From assembly GCA_038087875.1 (NCBI GenBank), contig CM075991.1, positions 2,542,001 to 2,606,000 of the forward strand: a stretch of DNA of 64,000 nt, written 5' to 3'. The position numbers were made by a program, and so were the translations under genes. Source of the stretch: Malacoraja senta. Its lineage: Eukaryota. The notes under the pieces were generated by a model. That model did no database searches, had not been told where the DNA came from, and was given only the letters and a program-made list of their open reading frames with translations. Shown here one piece after another: positions 50,646 to 62,993 of the stretch (the stretch's first letter is position 1; each line of letters starts with the position of its first letter).

Positions 50646-50776
50646 TTGTGTCGGATGGTGTGACAGTTTGTAGATGTCACGAGCCAAAGGTAGAGTCTGC
50701 AGGTCCATCACCATATACAAAGTGTGCATCAGGCCAAGGAACCCGGTCCCACGCAGGTCAGTCCCTGGATCTTCAC
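50646..50776 (-). CDS. ELMOD3: ELMOD3 exon ([44 protein letters not shown])
   Basis: AG/GT boundaries, 131 nt; second half of the ELMOD GAP signature PxTDLRG. Confidence 0.95.
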
Positions 50777-52368
50777 CTAGTCAAATAAAATGTGGTAGAT
50801 GTGAACTTCTTCACCATTCTACTTTGGTTCACAACTAAATGTCGACACATTTTTTCTCAACTTTTCTTTCGACACACTTTGAATAAAGAAAAAGCAAACG
50901 TACTCTCACAACGCAGCCAATTTTACACGGTTTATCTATTTCCATCTATACTGCACCTACACACTTAACGGTGTTACTTATAATACTATTATTGCTAAGC
51001 AGCTCGACCCCAGTGTTGCAATCCCTTATACCACACACTTTATGACACTTAATACCACTAACCAAAAGCTTAGTTGCACATTTTCACTTATTTTCTTATT
51101 GGAAATTTAAACTCCTATACAGGTGTAGACAATCACTTAGGGAATAGATAGGGTAAATGCAGAGTCTTTTACCCAAGAGTCAAGAGTGTTTTATTGTCAT
51201 GTGTCCCATATAGAACAATGAAATTCTTACTTGCTGCAGCACAACAGAGTATGTAATCACAATAAATAATAACAAAAACTCAGAAAAAAACAATAACTGC
51301 AATAATCATAATAATCTATTGTAGTGCATAGCTTATGAGGTTGTAGTGTTTAATAGCCTGATGGCTGTAGGGAAAAAGCTGTTTGTGAACCTGGAGGTTA
51401 GAGTTCTCAGGCTCCTGTACCTTCTTCCCGAGGGCAGTGGTGAGATGAGTGTGTGGCCAGGATGGTGTGGGTCTTAGATGATGTTGGCTGCCTTTGAGGC
51501 AGCGACTACGATAGATCCCTTCGATGGTGGGGAGGTCAGAGCCGGTGATGGCCTGGGCAGTGTTTACAACTTTTTGCAGTCTTTTTCGCTCCTGGACTTT
51601 CAAGTTGCCGAACCAGGCCATGATGCAATCAGTCAGTATTCCCAGGGTAGGGAAGAAACAGAGAGGGAAGTAGGGAGAAACAGAAACAAAGGACAGAGGC
51701 TTCAGGTGCGAGGGGAAAGATTTGATAAGAACCCAATGGACAGGTTTTTCACTCGTGGGCGGTGGGTATGTGGAAAAAAATTGCCAGAGAAGGTCGTTAA
51801 GGCAGGTACAACAGTATTTAATAGACACTTGGATGGATACAAGTATAGGAAAGGTTCATAGGAATATGCAACAAACACAGGCAAATGGGACTAGCTTGGA
51901 CGAGTGAAGCCGAAGGGCCTATTTCTATGCTGTGTGAAGCTCTCCCAACATTTGGGTCATACTTTAGGAATACATTCCTTAATAAACACCAGCCCGTCGC
52001 ACTGGTAATGCTGTAGCATAGTCATACAGCATGGACACAGGCCCTTCGGCCCATTTGCCTATGCCGACCAAGATGCTCTGTCTGCACTAGTCCCACCTAG
52101 TTCCCACTTGGACCATATTCCACTAAACCTTTCCTATCCGTGCACCTGTCCGAATGTCTTTTAAATGTTTTTATAGTGCCTGCCTCAACTACCTTCTCTG
52201 GCAGCTCGTTCCATACACCTACCACCATCTGTGTGCAGCAGTTGCCCCTCAGGTTCCTATTAAATATTTCCCCTCTCACTTTAAACCAATGTCCTTTGGT
52301 TCTTGATTCCCCTATTCTACCGTGCATTTTCCTTATGGAAACTTGTAAAGTGGTTTGTTTCTTGTTAC

Positions 52369-52491
52369 CTTGAAATCCTAGTTGTTCCCAGTGTGTGCCA
52401 TATCTCGCAGAGTCAAATCTTGCCCCCGTCAGTTTTTTGTAAATTGTCTGCAAAACTCGAATGTGAACTTTCTGATTGTTGTCCAGGGAAC
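52369..52491 (-). CDS. ELMOD3: ELMOD3 exon ([40 protein letters not shown])
   Basis: AG/GT boundaries, 123 nt; WxxLGFQ part of the GAP signature. Confidence 0.95.
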
Positions 52492-52908
52492 CTGCATCAT
52501 AAAATATTTAGTTTAACAATATTAATAATTATAAAAAATACACCATGTGGAATGTTTAGTCCTCCATTTGAAACTACACCTAGTGAATCCACACCTGGAT
52601 TCTTACATTGTGCAACAAATGATCCTATGGACAAGTTTGAGCTACTCAATCATCCAATAATGATAGACAACTTTGTTAACCCACGACTCAATATACATTA
52701 ATTTCTGCTAATCCAGTATTGGGTACCCACAAGCTAATTCTTTAAGGAGCCTTAAGATTTTTAGCTATTTGGGAATGTTAAGCTAGGGTTGTGCTTAAAA
52801 GTGTAAAACAGTCAGTATCATGTATAAATCTAGTTGCTAAAATATTCAATGTACGAGAGGAAAGGTTCATCTTCTTTCATATTCAATTATACCGCTTGCT
52901 ATACTCAC

Positions 52909-53032
52909 ACTGGGCAATGGCAAATACCAGATCCCGTTCTTCCTGCAACTCCTTGTGCAACCGCGGAGGACCAAAAAGAAAATGGGTGATGGCAGAAAAC
53001 CCGGTCCTACGTACAATTGGCTGGATGTTCTT
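52909..53032 (-). CDS. ELMOD3: ELMOD3 exon ([41 protein letters not shown])
   Basis: AG/GTGAGT boundaries, 124 nt; strong similarity to ELMOD3. Confidence 0.95.
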
Positions 53033-54056
53033 CTGCAAGTACAAAGAAAAAATGACCAGGGATGTCCACGAGAACTTAAAGATCCCGCCACATTTCAAAT
53101 ACTCCACTCTTTACGCCAAGGCCACTAAATCTCTGTAACACCCGACCAGTTCCAAACTTACCCTGAATTTGATAAGTCAAGACTTGAGTAACCGCCCTTA
53201 GACTAAATGCATGTTTGTCATTACCCTAATCAATTTGTCTTTCATGCGTTTGAGCATTCTTCCCTAAAGGAGAAGGAACATCTTCAGGACATCACCTTCA
53301 GGACAATCAGGAGGCAGCTCAAACGACAGCGAAGCATCACTACCTGACGAGCTCAATGAGTTCTACGCACTGATGTGCCTTCCTGAGCCCCCATTCGCCC
53401 TGACGGTATTATAGTCCCAGTCTCAGAGGCCGACGTCAGAAGGTCTCTGCGCATCCCTCTGCAATTAGATCCTCGACTTCCTCATCCACAGACCAGTCTG
53501 TTCGAATTGGTGGAAACACTTAATCCTCAGCAACAGTTAGCATGGGAGCACCTCAAGGCAGCGTGCTCAGCCCCCTGCTTTACTCACTCTATACCCATGA
53601 CTGCGCAGCCGGACACAGTGCAAACTCCATCATCAAGTTCACCGATGACACCACTGTTGTTCGATGAATCACAGATGGGAATGAGTCAGAGTATAGAAGT
53701 GAGATTGACCAACTGACCAAATGGTGCCAGCATAACAACCTGGCTCTCAACATCAGTAAGACCAAGGAACTGATTATGGACTTTGATAGGGGAAGGATGA
53801 GGACCCACAATCCTGTTTATATCAATGGGACGATGGTGGAAAGGGTCAATAACTTCAAATTCCTGGGCGTGCATATTTCCGAAGATCTTGCCTGGACCCA
53901 GCACACCGATGCAATTATAAAGAAGGCACATCAGTGACTCTACTTCCTGAGAAGATTACGGAGATTTGGCATGTCAAAGAGGATTCTCCTAAACATCTAC
54001 AGGTGCACGGTAGAGAGCATTCTGACTGGTTGCATCGTGGCCTGGTTCGGCAACTT

Positions 54057-54194
54057 CTTCTTGTTGTGTACGGCGTGCACAGCCTAAAGTTGTAGGACAA
54101 CTTGTTCTATTTGATCTTATTTGATTGTGCACGCCAGGTTGATTGCATTCGTCGAAACAGGGCGGACCACGTGAAGGTTGCAATCTCCCACCCC
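54057..54194 (-). mobile_element. Short retroposon headed by an HDV-like ribozyme, copy 2, inserted in a Rex/Babar LINE inside an ELMOD3 intron
   Basis: TSD GTTCGGCAACTT (54045-54056 and 54195-54206), (AAG)n tail. Confidence 0.87.
54142..54194 (-). ncRNA. Predicted minimal HDV/CPEB3-like ribozyme (intact, L3 TTCACGT)
   Basis: All nested double-pseudoknot elements present in the correct order; G1-U wobble; putative catalytic C at 54151. Confidence 0.8.
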
Positions 54195-56581
54195 GTTCGG
54201 CAACTTGAACGTCCAGGAGCGGAAAAGACTACAAAAAGTTGTGACCACTGCCCAGTCCATCACTGGCTTTGACCTCCCCACCATCTAAGGGATCTATCGT
54301 AGTCGCTGCCTCAAAAAGGCAGCCAAAATCATCAAAAACCCACATCATCCTGGCCACACACTCATTTCACCATTGCCATCAGGAAGAAGGTACAGGAGCC
54401 TGAAAACTGTAACGTCCAGGTTCAGGAACAGCATCTTCCCTACAGCCATCAGGCTATTAAACACAACAATGAATAAGCTCTGAACTGCAAAAGACTATAT
54501 TATTATTGCACTATATTTGTTATTTATTGAACTTTTTTTCCCTCTTCCCCCATTATATACAATGTTTACATATTCACATATTCTGATGTGCTGCTGCAAG
54601 TAAGAATTTCATTGTCCTATCCAGGACATATGACAATAAAACACTCTTGACTCTTGTCTTGTAATTCTGACGTTGGTCCATGCTGTATTTAATCATCATT
54701 GCCTGAATTTATCCTGATCAGCTGCAGTTAGTTCCGAATCAAATTTCATTCAATTGCTTTTATTATCCCTATTTCTCAGCATTCCACATTTTTCCTCGAA
54801 TGAACTGCATCTGTAGTTCCCTCTGCAGGTCCTGATAGATCCACTGCTACATTCCCTGCATCTCTCTCCCACAGCACTAATACGCTAATTTCTTTACGAA
54901 ATTGTGATTCCTCAATTTGGAATGGGCAGCAAACCTCAATATCATATGTCAGTGGCCATCATCCATAAACCCAACGGACTTCCATCCTGCAATGCTCACA
55001 TTTTGAGGACAAAAACAAAGTGTTGGAGGAACTTAGTCAGGCAGCATCTGTGGAGGGAATGAACCTACATTATTTCAGGTCAGAACCCTTCTCAAAACAT
55101 CATCTGTCTATTTCTCTTCACAGATACTGTCCGACCTGCTAGGTTCCTCAAGCAGTTTGTTTTTTGCTGAAAATTCCAGCATCTGCAGTTTCTTTTGTCT
55201 CAACCTTTCAATCGAGCATCACATTTGCCATCTATAATCTTTTGGCACAATTAAACACTGCCCATAGATTTTGTGCAAATCATGATGCAAGTCTGTACAT
55301 TTTTCTCCCGGGTCTTCTCCAGTATCTGGTTTCACTATCAACATCTGATGATTTTTCTACTTTTATTCTCGTTAAATAATAGCTCCTTAACATAATACAC
55401 TTTCAATATATCATTTAGTTTAACAGCCAGCCAGTTCATATTGTTAATAAATCCTTGCAGCAGACTTCTTATGATGCCTCTTCAAGATGTCTGCAGTTTA
55501 TTTGAATTCTATCCAAATTTACTAACATCAAAATTCATCTCACGTTCCTTGGCAACTTGCTCATTGTCTTGTGAACATTACCAAAGAGTCCCAACGCAAA
55601 ACGTTGGCTATCCATGTGCTCCAGAGATGATGCCTGACCCGCTAAGTTACTCCAGTACTTTGTGTTTTTTTTATTAACAAACAACAGGATCATCTGAACC
55701 CAACAATTCAGAGCAGTAGTGACAGAATGCTGCACTGTCAGAGTATTGCTTTGTTAATGAGATATTAAATTGAAGCCCTCTTTTCCCTTTAAACAAAGGG
55801 ACACAAAGTGCTGGAGTAACTCAGCGGGTCTCACAGCATCTCTGGAGAACATGGATAGGTGATTTTTTGGGTAATCTCCAATCCATGTTCTCCAGCGACC
55901 TGACCCGCTGATTTACACCAGCACTTTGTTTCTTTTTTGCAGAAAACTTTCCAGTAACTATCTTTAAATGATTGGTCATGAAGCAGATTTATGTCTTAAA
56001 AGATTTATATAAATACAACTTTTTTTACACGTCACTTAGTTCCAACTGTTGTAACACCAGAGAACTGCAAACAGCAATAATCTCACAACAGAATCTTGCA
56101 TAATTTCATGGTTTAGTTTTGGAGATACAGCATGGAAATAGGCCCTTCGGCCCACCGAGTCAATGCCGAACATCGATCACATGTTCATACTAGTTCTACG
56201 ATATTCCACTTGCGCTTCCATTGCCTACACATGAGGGGCAACTTTACACAGGCCAATTTACCAAGTGACTTGCATGTTTTTGGGATGTGGGAGGAAACCC
56301 ACGCGGTCACAACAAAAACGCACAAACTCCACAAAGGCAACACCTTAAATCGAGATTAAACCCGGGTCTCTGGCGCTATAAAGCAGCAGCTCTATCAGTG
56401 CACAATAGATAAGACATATAATAGCCACATAATTTACATTATAGAATCCACCATAAGCATATTATAATGAAAGAAACACAGCATAAAAGGCAGCACAGAA
56501 GTAATTTTCTCAAATAAGCAAAACATTAAATGAAAGAATGATGACGGTGCACACAGCTTCCTTCTGTCTCTTTGTGCATAC

Positions 56582-56670
56582 CCTGTACTCGTAGAGATCC
56601 GCTGTTTGAAAATGCTGAAGAGCTTCGTTAAAGGAGATGAGCAGAGTGCATCCTGTGGCGTCAGTCGGAC
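56582..56670 (-). CDS. ELMOD3: ELMOD3 exon (GPTDATGCTLLISFNEALQHFQTADLYEYR)
   Basis: AG/GT boundaries, 89 nt; matches 'LISFSEALQHFQTVDL'. Confidence 0.93.
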
Positions 56671-56813
56671 CTACAACGGACACAGACGAAGAATAACTAA
56701 TATACTGATGTCTCATACAAAACAAAAATAAAACTCTACTTTTAGTTACTCTTAATATTGAATCTCACTAATCTATTGAAATACAGCATGCATCTTCGCA
56801 AGTAAAATCTTAC

Positions 56814-56837
56814 CTTCCCGTTCCTCCAATGGTAATT
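56814..56837 (-). CDS. ELMOD3: ELMOD3 24-nt microexon (ELPLEERE)
   Basis: tttcAG acceptor, AG|GTAAG donor, phase 1 to 1, frame-preserving. Confidence 0.65.
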
Positions 56838-59483
56838 CTGAAATCAAAATAAGAGTCACTCAGCCAGTAGAGGTATACTGCAATGGCCCAAACATTCCTG
56901 AGCTGACTGCACTATTTAGTTTACTGATACAGCATGGAAACAGGCCCTACGGCTCGCATGGTCCGTGCCAATCATCATTCACATTAGTTCTTTGTTATTC
57001 CACTTTCCCATCCACTCGCTACAGATTCGAGGCAATTTTTCAGAACCCAATTAACCTAAAAAACCTGCATGTCTTTGGGATGTGGGAGGTAACCGGAGCA
57101 CCTGGAGGAAACCACAACGATCACTTTGAGAACGTGCAAACTCCACACAGACAGCTCCTGAGGTCAGGATCAAGCGCTGGTCTCTGGTGCCATGAGGCAG
57201 CAGCTCTACCAGCTGTGACATTGTAAACTTGGCCTAATTGTACTTCTTAATGTCTCTAGAGGCAAAATGGAAAATTGTTCCAATATTTCAGATAAATACA
57301 CAGATTATGTTTCTTTGTAATCATATGAAATTATCTAATCTTTGAATTAAGTAGCTGAACACAAATGTAGTCCAAAGTCAATGTTTTTGTTGAATTAAAA
57401 AGAAATTAAGACATATGAAACCGCAGATGCTGGAATGTTAAGCAAAACAGAGCTGGAGTCAGTCTGAAGAAGGGTCTCAAACCAAAACATCACCCATTCT
57501 TTCTATCCAGAGATGCTGCCTGTCCCGCTGAGTTACTCCAGCATTTTGTATCTATCTTCGGTTTAAACCAGCATCTGCAGTTCCTTCCTACACAGTATTT
57601 GAAGCGCAGGTCAGGGTTGTTTTGAGATTCACATTGCCGTGTTTCCTGTCCCCATGCACCGTCCTGTCGAAGTCTCCGAGGACTGTTGCAGGTGGGGGGG
57701 GACTCCGTGGAGATGTGGCTGCCGCGCTGCACTACCTCCTGGGAAATGTAGTCCACCCCTCAGCCCGCTTCCTGCTGGGACGTGGGCAGAAAGAACTACA
57801 ACCCTTCGGCTCAACTTGTCCAAGCTGACCAAATGCCCCATCTGCACTAGTCCTAGTTGTCCGTGTTTGGCCCATATCCCTCTTAACCTTTCCTGTTCAT
57901 GTACCTTTCAAATGTAGTTTTACTTCTTGCCTCAATTGCCTGCTCTAGCAGTTTGTTCCATATAACCAACTGTGTGAAAAAAGTTGCCCCTCAAGCTCTT
58001 CCTTTCTCACTCTAAACCTATGGCTTGGGGTTCTTGATTCCCTTACTCTGGGTAAAAGTCTTTGCATTCACCCTATCTTTTCCCCTCATGATTTTACACA
58101 CCTCTATGAGATCACCCCTCATCCTCCTGCACTCCAAAAAAAAAAGTTCTCGCCTGCCGAACCACCTCCTATAGCTCAGACCCTTGAGTCCTGACTACAC
58201 TCTTGTAAATCTCCAAGAAGATTTCACAAATGGAGACACGAGATACTACAAATGCTGGAACCTTGAGCAAAACACAAAAACACTCTCTGAACATTATATT
58301 TCTATTACAAAATGTTTCAAGAACAAATGAAATATTCACTCTATAGACACTTATTTGACTTGGCAGGAATGAAATGCATATCCAAATCAAAATATGATGT
58401 TGTGTTTCACTGAAAGAATTTTTGGGTAATTCTTAGAAGTGGAATCAGCCCACTGTGAAGAAGAAATAACTTCAATGCCCAACAACCACCACCATGCGAA
58501 TGTGGTAGCTGGGCACAGCTAAACAGTAAATCAAACAAAAGGTTCTGTAAATGAGTAAAGTTTCAGTTCATGAAAGACGTGGTCTCTGCCAAGAACTTCC
58601 TGTGCACTGAAGAATAATTCATAGACTGACCCTACCCGTCTGCTTGACTTTTCCCACAGCAAACCCCACAATACAAAACGCTTCTCATTTACAATAAGAG
58701 TGGAAATGACCAGGAGGTATGACTGAATCACTTGTTTCTGCTGAAGTGTGACAAGGATCTTGACTGAATCTGAACAGTTGAATCCACCCAGTTCATGCAA
58801 GGTTACGAGGTCAACGTTCCTTTTCTTTTCTTTCTTTTTGTGTCAGAATTTATGGAGAGACTTGATGATTCTTTAACACATCTGATTTTTTGTGACTTCT
58901 GAGCTCACAACTATGAACTGCTTTTGTAATTATTTAAAGTTATTTCATTTAAATAAAATCAATCTATTGCAAGCTCTGGGATCAAAACAGGAGAGGGTTA
59001 TTTTCCATTTAAACATTGAATGTAAGAGTCACTAAGTTATGTTGCAGCTTTATAAAAATGTGGTTAGGCTGTGCTTGGAGTAATGTGTGCAGTTCTGGTC
59101 ACCCCTTTACAGGAACAATGTGCAGGCTTTGGGGACGGTATAGAAGAGGTTTACTAGAATGTTGTCTGATTTAGAGGGTACTACCTTACAAGGAGAGGTT
59201 GAACAAATTTAGATTGCATTCTTTGGAGCACGGTAGGTTGAGGGGAGACCTGACAGAAGTATATAAAATTATGAGAGGCAGTTACAACATTTTTCCTAGG
59301 TTGGAGACGTCAACGACTAGAGGGCATAGCTTTAAGGTCAGAGGGAGAATGTTTAAAGGAGATATGTGTAACAAGTTTTTTTTTTACACAGAGAGTGGTG
59401 GTTGCTTGGAGCACGCTGCCACTGGTAGTGGTGGAAGCAGATATGAAAGTACTATTTAAGAGGCTTTTAAAAGGTGCATGGAT

Positions 59484-59905
59484 TAGTGTACAAAAGTACT
59501 TTAAAAAAAAAAAAAAATTGAGGTCAGGTAAGGGGGGGTGATAGTTGAAGAGTTGGTATGTCCTATTTACGTGATGCTCAAAAAAAAACCATTTGTTTCT
59601 CTTTTTTTCTCTTTCTCTTTTCTTTTCTTAGGGCCTATTTCTTAACTCTTTTTCTTTTTGTTTTTAATTTCGCTCTTATAGGGTCTTCGTCCTTTTTTGT
59701 TGTTACATTTTCTACACTTTTCTACACTTGCACTTTTTCCTTCACTTTCTTCTCTCTTTCAATCTTTTCTTTTTCTAGTGTAAAAAAATAAATAAAGGGA
59801 GTACATTAATTGTAAGAAGATATAAATGACGAGTATTAATGTATGTGGTTGTAATGTAATGTACTTCTAATAAATAAAAATTTAAAAAAAAAAAAATAAA
59901 AAAAA
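59484..59905 (+). mobile_element. Short 5'-truncated copy of the same L1 (3' UTR plus polyA) inserted in a CR1
   Basis: Matches the reverse complement of 24438-24830; TSD AAAAGGTGCATGGAT (59469-59483, 59906-59920) at TTTT/AAAA. Confidence 0.93.
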
Positions 59906-60297
59906 AAAAGGTGCATGGATATGCAGGGAATGAAGGTAGATCACCTGCAGGCAGAGTAGATTGGTTTAACTTGGCAACATGTTTAGCACAGCCATAAAGT
60001 CTATTCCTGTGTTGCACTGCTTTATGTTACACACATTTAAAGTTAAGAGACACATTCTATCAATTGAAGACTGCAGTGATGTGGACTGACATGTAATGTG
60101 GCCAGCTACCATTCTGACTGAAAACAGGAGCAGTCTGAAGAAATGTTTGAGAAGGAAATGCAGATGCTGAAAAAAAATCGAGATTAGACAAAAAATGCTG
60201 GAGAATCTCAACGGGTGAGGCAGCATCTATGGAGAGAAGGAATAGGCGATGTTTTGGGTCGAGACCATTCTTCAGTCTGAAGAAGGTGGTGTCTCAC

Positions 60298-60363
60298 CTC
60301 TTTGTGCCGTTTCCAAAGCTTCCCATTCTGCCTCTGCCTGCAACATCTTCAGAGTCACCTCTG
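60298..60363 (-). CDS. ELMOD3: ELMOD3 exon (AEVTLKMLQAEAEWEALETAQR)
   Basis: CAGCAG acceptor, GTGAGA donor, 66 nt; resembles 'EVVRAQEEWEAVDTIQ'. Confidence 0.85.
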
Positions 60364-60654
60364 CTGGACATAAAACAACAAGAGTCACAGTTAGAAGGTT
60401 TCCACAGTTCAAGGTTGGCAAGCTCTTTCTTTCATTGTCCCCTAATTTGTCAAATTCAGCAACATAACCTTCTCACTCAATTCACTACCACTAGCTTGCT
60501 TCCATTCCAGCATGGACATAACATCTTTCCCTGGCTCATGCTGGAAGAATAGAACTTACTTTGGCAGTTGAGGGGCGTGCAGTTTGTCTGATAAAGTTAA
60601 ATCTTCAGGAAACCTCCTCATCTCCTTCATCAGACTTTAGGAAAAAGTACTCAC

Positions 60655-60724
60655 CATCATGTGTCCGCTCACCCCCTCCAGCTGTAAGAGATTGTAGAAG
60701 CCCATTGTGTTTCAAAGTAGAAAT
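60655..60724 (-). CDS. ELMOD3: ELMOD3 exon (ISTLKHNGLLQSLTAGGGERTHD)
   Basis: ttccAG acceptor, GTGAGT donor, 70 nt; resembles 'ISELKNHGILQALT'. Confidence 0.88.
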
Positions 60725-60857
60725 CTGGAAAGAAATCAACAATGATTATGAACCGAAACATTTCAAACACCTCCAATGGCTATAACAGAAACGTGACAGG
60801 TATCCTAGGACTCAGTTTCAGTCTAGAAGTTAATTCTGCAAAACTCTTACTACTCAC

Positions 60858-60935
60858 TGGTATAGATTTCAGGATTGTTTTGCCATTGCATGCATCGTCA
60901 GTCACCTGTGGGCGCAGACACAAACCCAACAAACC
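60858..60935 (-). CDS. ELMOD3: ELMOD3 exon ending ...ACNGKTILKSIP (exon start 60935 or 60905, both in frame)
   Basis: GTGAGT donor in phase 0; IP|IS junction as in ELMOD3 'RGIP|ISEL'. Confidence 0.7.
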
Positions 60936-62924
60936 CTGAAAGACAGCACAAGACATATGTAGACACAAGGAACTGCAGACATTGGTTTACAAAAAAACAT
61001 AACAAAATGATGGGGTAACTCAGCGGGTCATGCAGCATCTCTGGACCTATCCATGTTCTCCAGGGATGCTGCCTGACCCACTGAGTTACTCCAGCACTTA
61101 AAGTCTTTTTTTTAACAACAAAGGATATCATGCACTTGCAGATGCCTTCAACTTATCCCATATTTAACTGAATGAAAAAAATACTGCTGCAATCTCATAC
61201 TATGAGAGTTAAATATTAACTACTTTCCTTTTGCAGAAAGCAATGAGAAAAGACTCCACTTCATTAGGATCAGACTTTATGTCGCCCAATTAGTTGGAGC
61301 TGCAGGCTAACAATTAATTCCCTGGGTCCTGATGAATTGAAATGTTTGGGTCTGAAGGGTAGTGGGAACGGATATGCATCAATTTTAAGGTGCACAACTC
61401 CCACCCTCCATCTGCAGGCTTCTCAAAGCGAACAGGCTTTTTGTTGAGCTGATAGACAGCCCAGGGAAAGATTACTTAAATTTTTTTTTTATTTAGAAAT
61501 GTATTTATTGAAATGAGAACTCTTTAAATTTGAGACCATATAGTGGGATGCTTAGTAGTGTGATAAATCTGTTAGAAACTTTCGAAACATTGAAAACATT
61601 TTGGCATCTTAAATAAAAATGACAGCACAGAAGTAGGCTATTCAGCCCAAACTCTTCTGTTATCGTGTTCACACTCCATGTCAACACACTCTTCTTTATT
61701 TAGCCCAATCGGTTTAAACCTTCCCTCCAAAGATATTGCCCGACCTGCTGAGTTCTTCCAGCACTTTGTGGTTTGCTCAAGAATCCAGCATCTGAAGCTC
61801 CTTGAGTCTCCATCAAATAATTTCAATGGCTTTCTCCCTCACATTTGTTCTGGAGATACAGCGTGGAAACAGGCCCTTCGGCCTACCTAGTCCATGCTAG
61901 CCATCGATCACCCGTTCACATTAGTTCCATTTTATCCTACTTTTACATCCGTTCCCAATACATATGGGGTAATTTCTACAGAGCCATTAACCTACAAACC
62001 CAACCAGGTTTGGGATGCGGGAGAAATCCGTAACACCCGGAGGAAACCCACGCAGTCGTAGGGAGAACGTGCAAACTCCACAAAGACTGCACTCAAGGTC
62101 AGGATTGAGCCCGGGTCTCGGTCGCTGCGAGGCAGCAGCTCTGCCAGCTGACCACTGTACTTATTTAGATTATATGCATATCAACCTATGTCTGCATCAG
62201 GTTTCACATTCCCGCAACTGATCTGTTTTACAGTCAATGCCTACTATGTTCTGTTGTGCTGAAGCAAAGCAAGAATTTCATTGTCCTATCAGGGGCACAT
62301 GACAATAAACTTGAATCTTGAATCTCGGTGAAGGAAAATTTTCCATATTTTTTGTTGGATTGATGTCAAATTTGGACTCCTCCTCATGGAGCTAACCTGG
62401 ATAAATCAATCAAACACACTCATGATTTTATGAAAATTCTTTCAGGTCACCCTCTTCTCTTTTCTTGAGAACAGAATCCCAAGTCTGTTAAGCTTTACCT
62501 GCTATTATGCATGTAGATCTGTTCTGCACATTTCCCAGTTACTAAATATCATCTTTGCAATACTAATTTTAGACCCTCACAACATTCAAACCAGAAGATT
62601 TTTGTAAACTCAGACCTTCATAACTGCAATAGGTACATATAACCACAGGGTCAAAGAAGTCAATAACCATAATATTCTATTGCAGGAACAAAGAACTGCA
62701 GATGCTGGTTTAAAACACAAAGTGCTGGAGTAACTCAGCCAGTCAGGTAGCACCTCCTAGAACGTGGATATGTGATATTTGACCCTTCCTCAGATATTAG
62801 CAATATACTATTGCACTTGTGTTTCTTACTTTCTACTGATGCCCACTTCTAGTCTCAGTTGAACGTGGGACAATGCTCCCCATAACTCACAGCAATATCA
62901 CAAAGGACGACCGCATAAACGTAC

Positions 62925-62993
62925 ATTTTTGTAACTGTGCTGTTCTTGAAGAGAGCCCGGAGCACAATTCCCAATACCAGGAAAGTTCAACAC
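62925..62993 (-). CDS. ELMOD3: Candidate upstream ELMOD3 exon (VLNFPGIGNCAPGSLQEQHSYKN)
   Basis: Good acceptor (ctttgtattctgcAG), GTACGT donor, 69 nt open in phase 0; no homology support. Confidence 0.45.

Larger units (their letters stand above)
53290..54660 (+). mobile_element. Rex1/Babar-type LINE 3' part, degraded
   Basis: GAPQG..LSPLL, KFTDDTT, KTKELIMDF; (CTCTTGA)n tail; related minus-strand pieces at 46830-47120 and 51180-51640. Confidence 0.85.
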
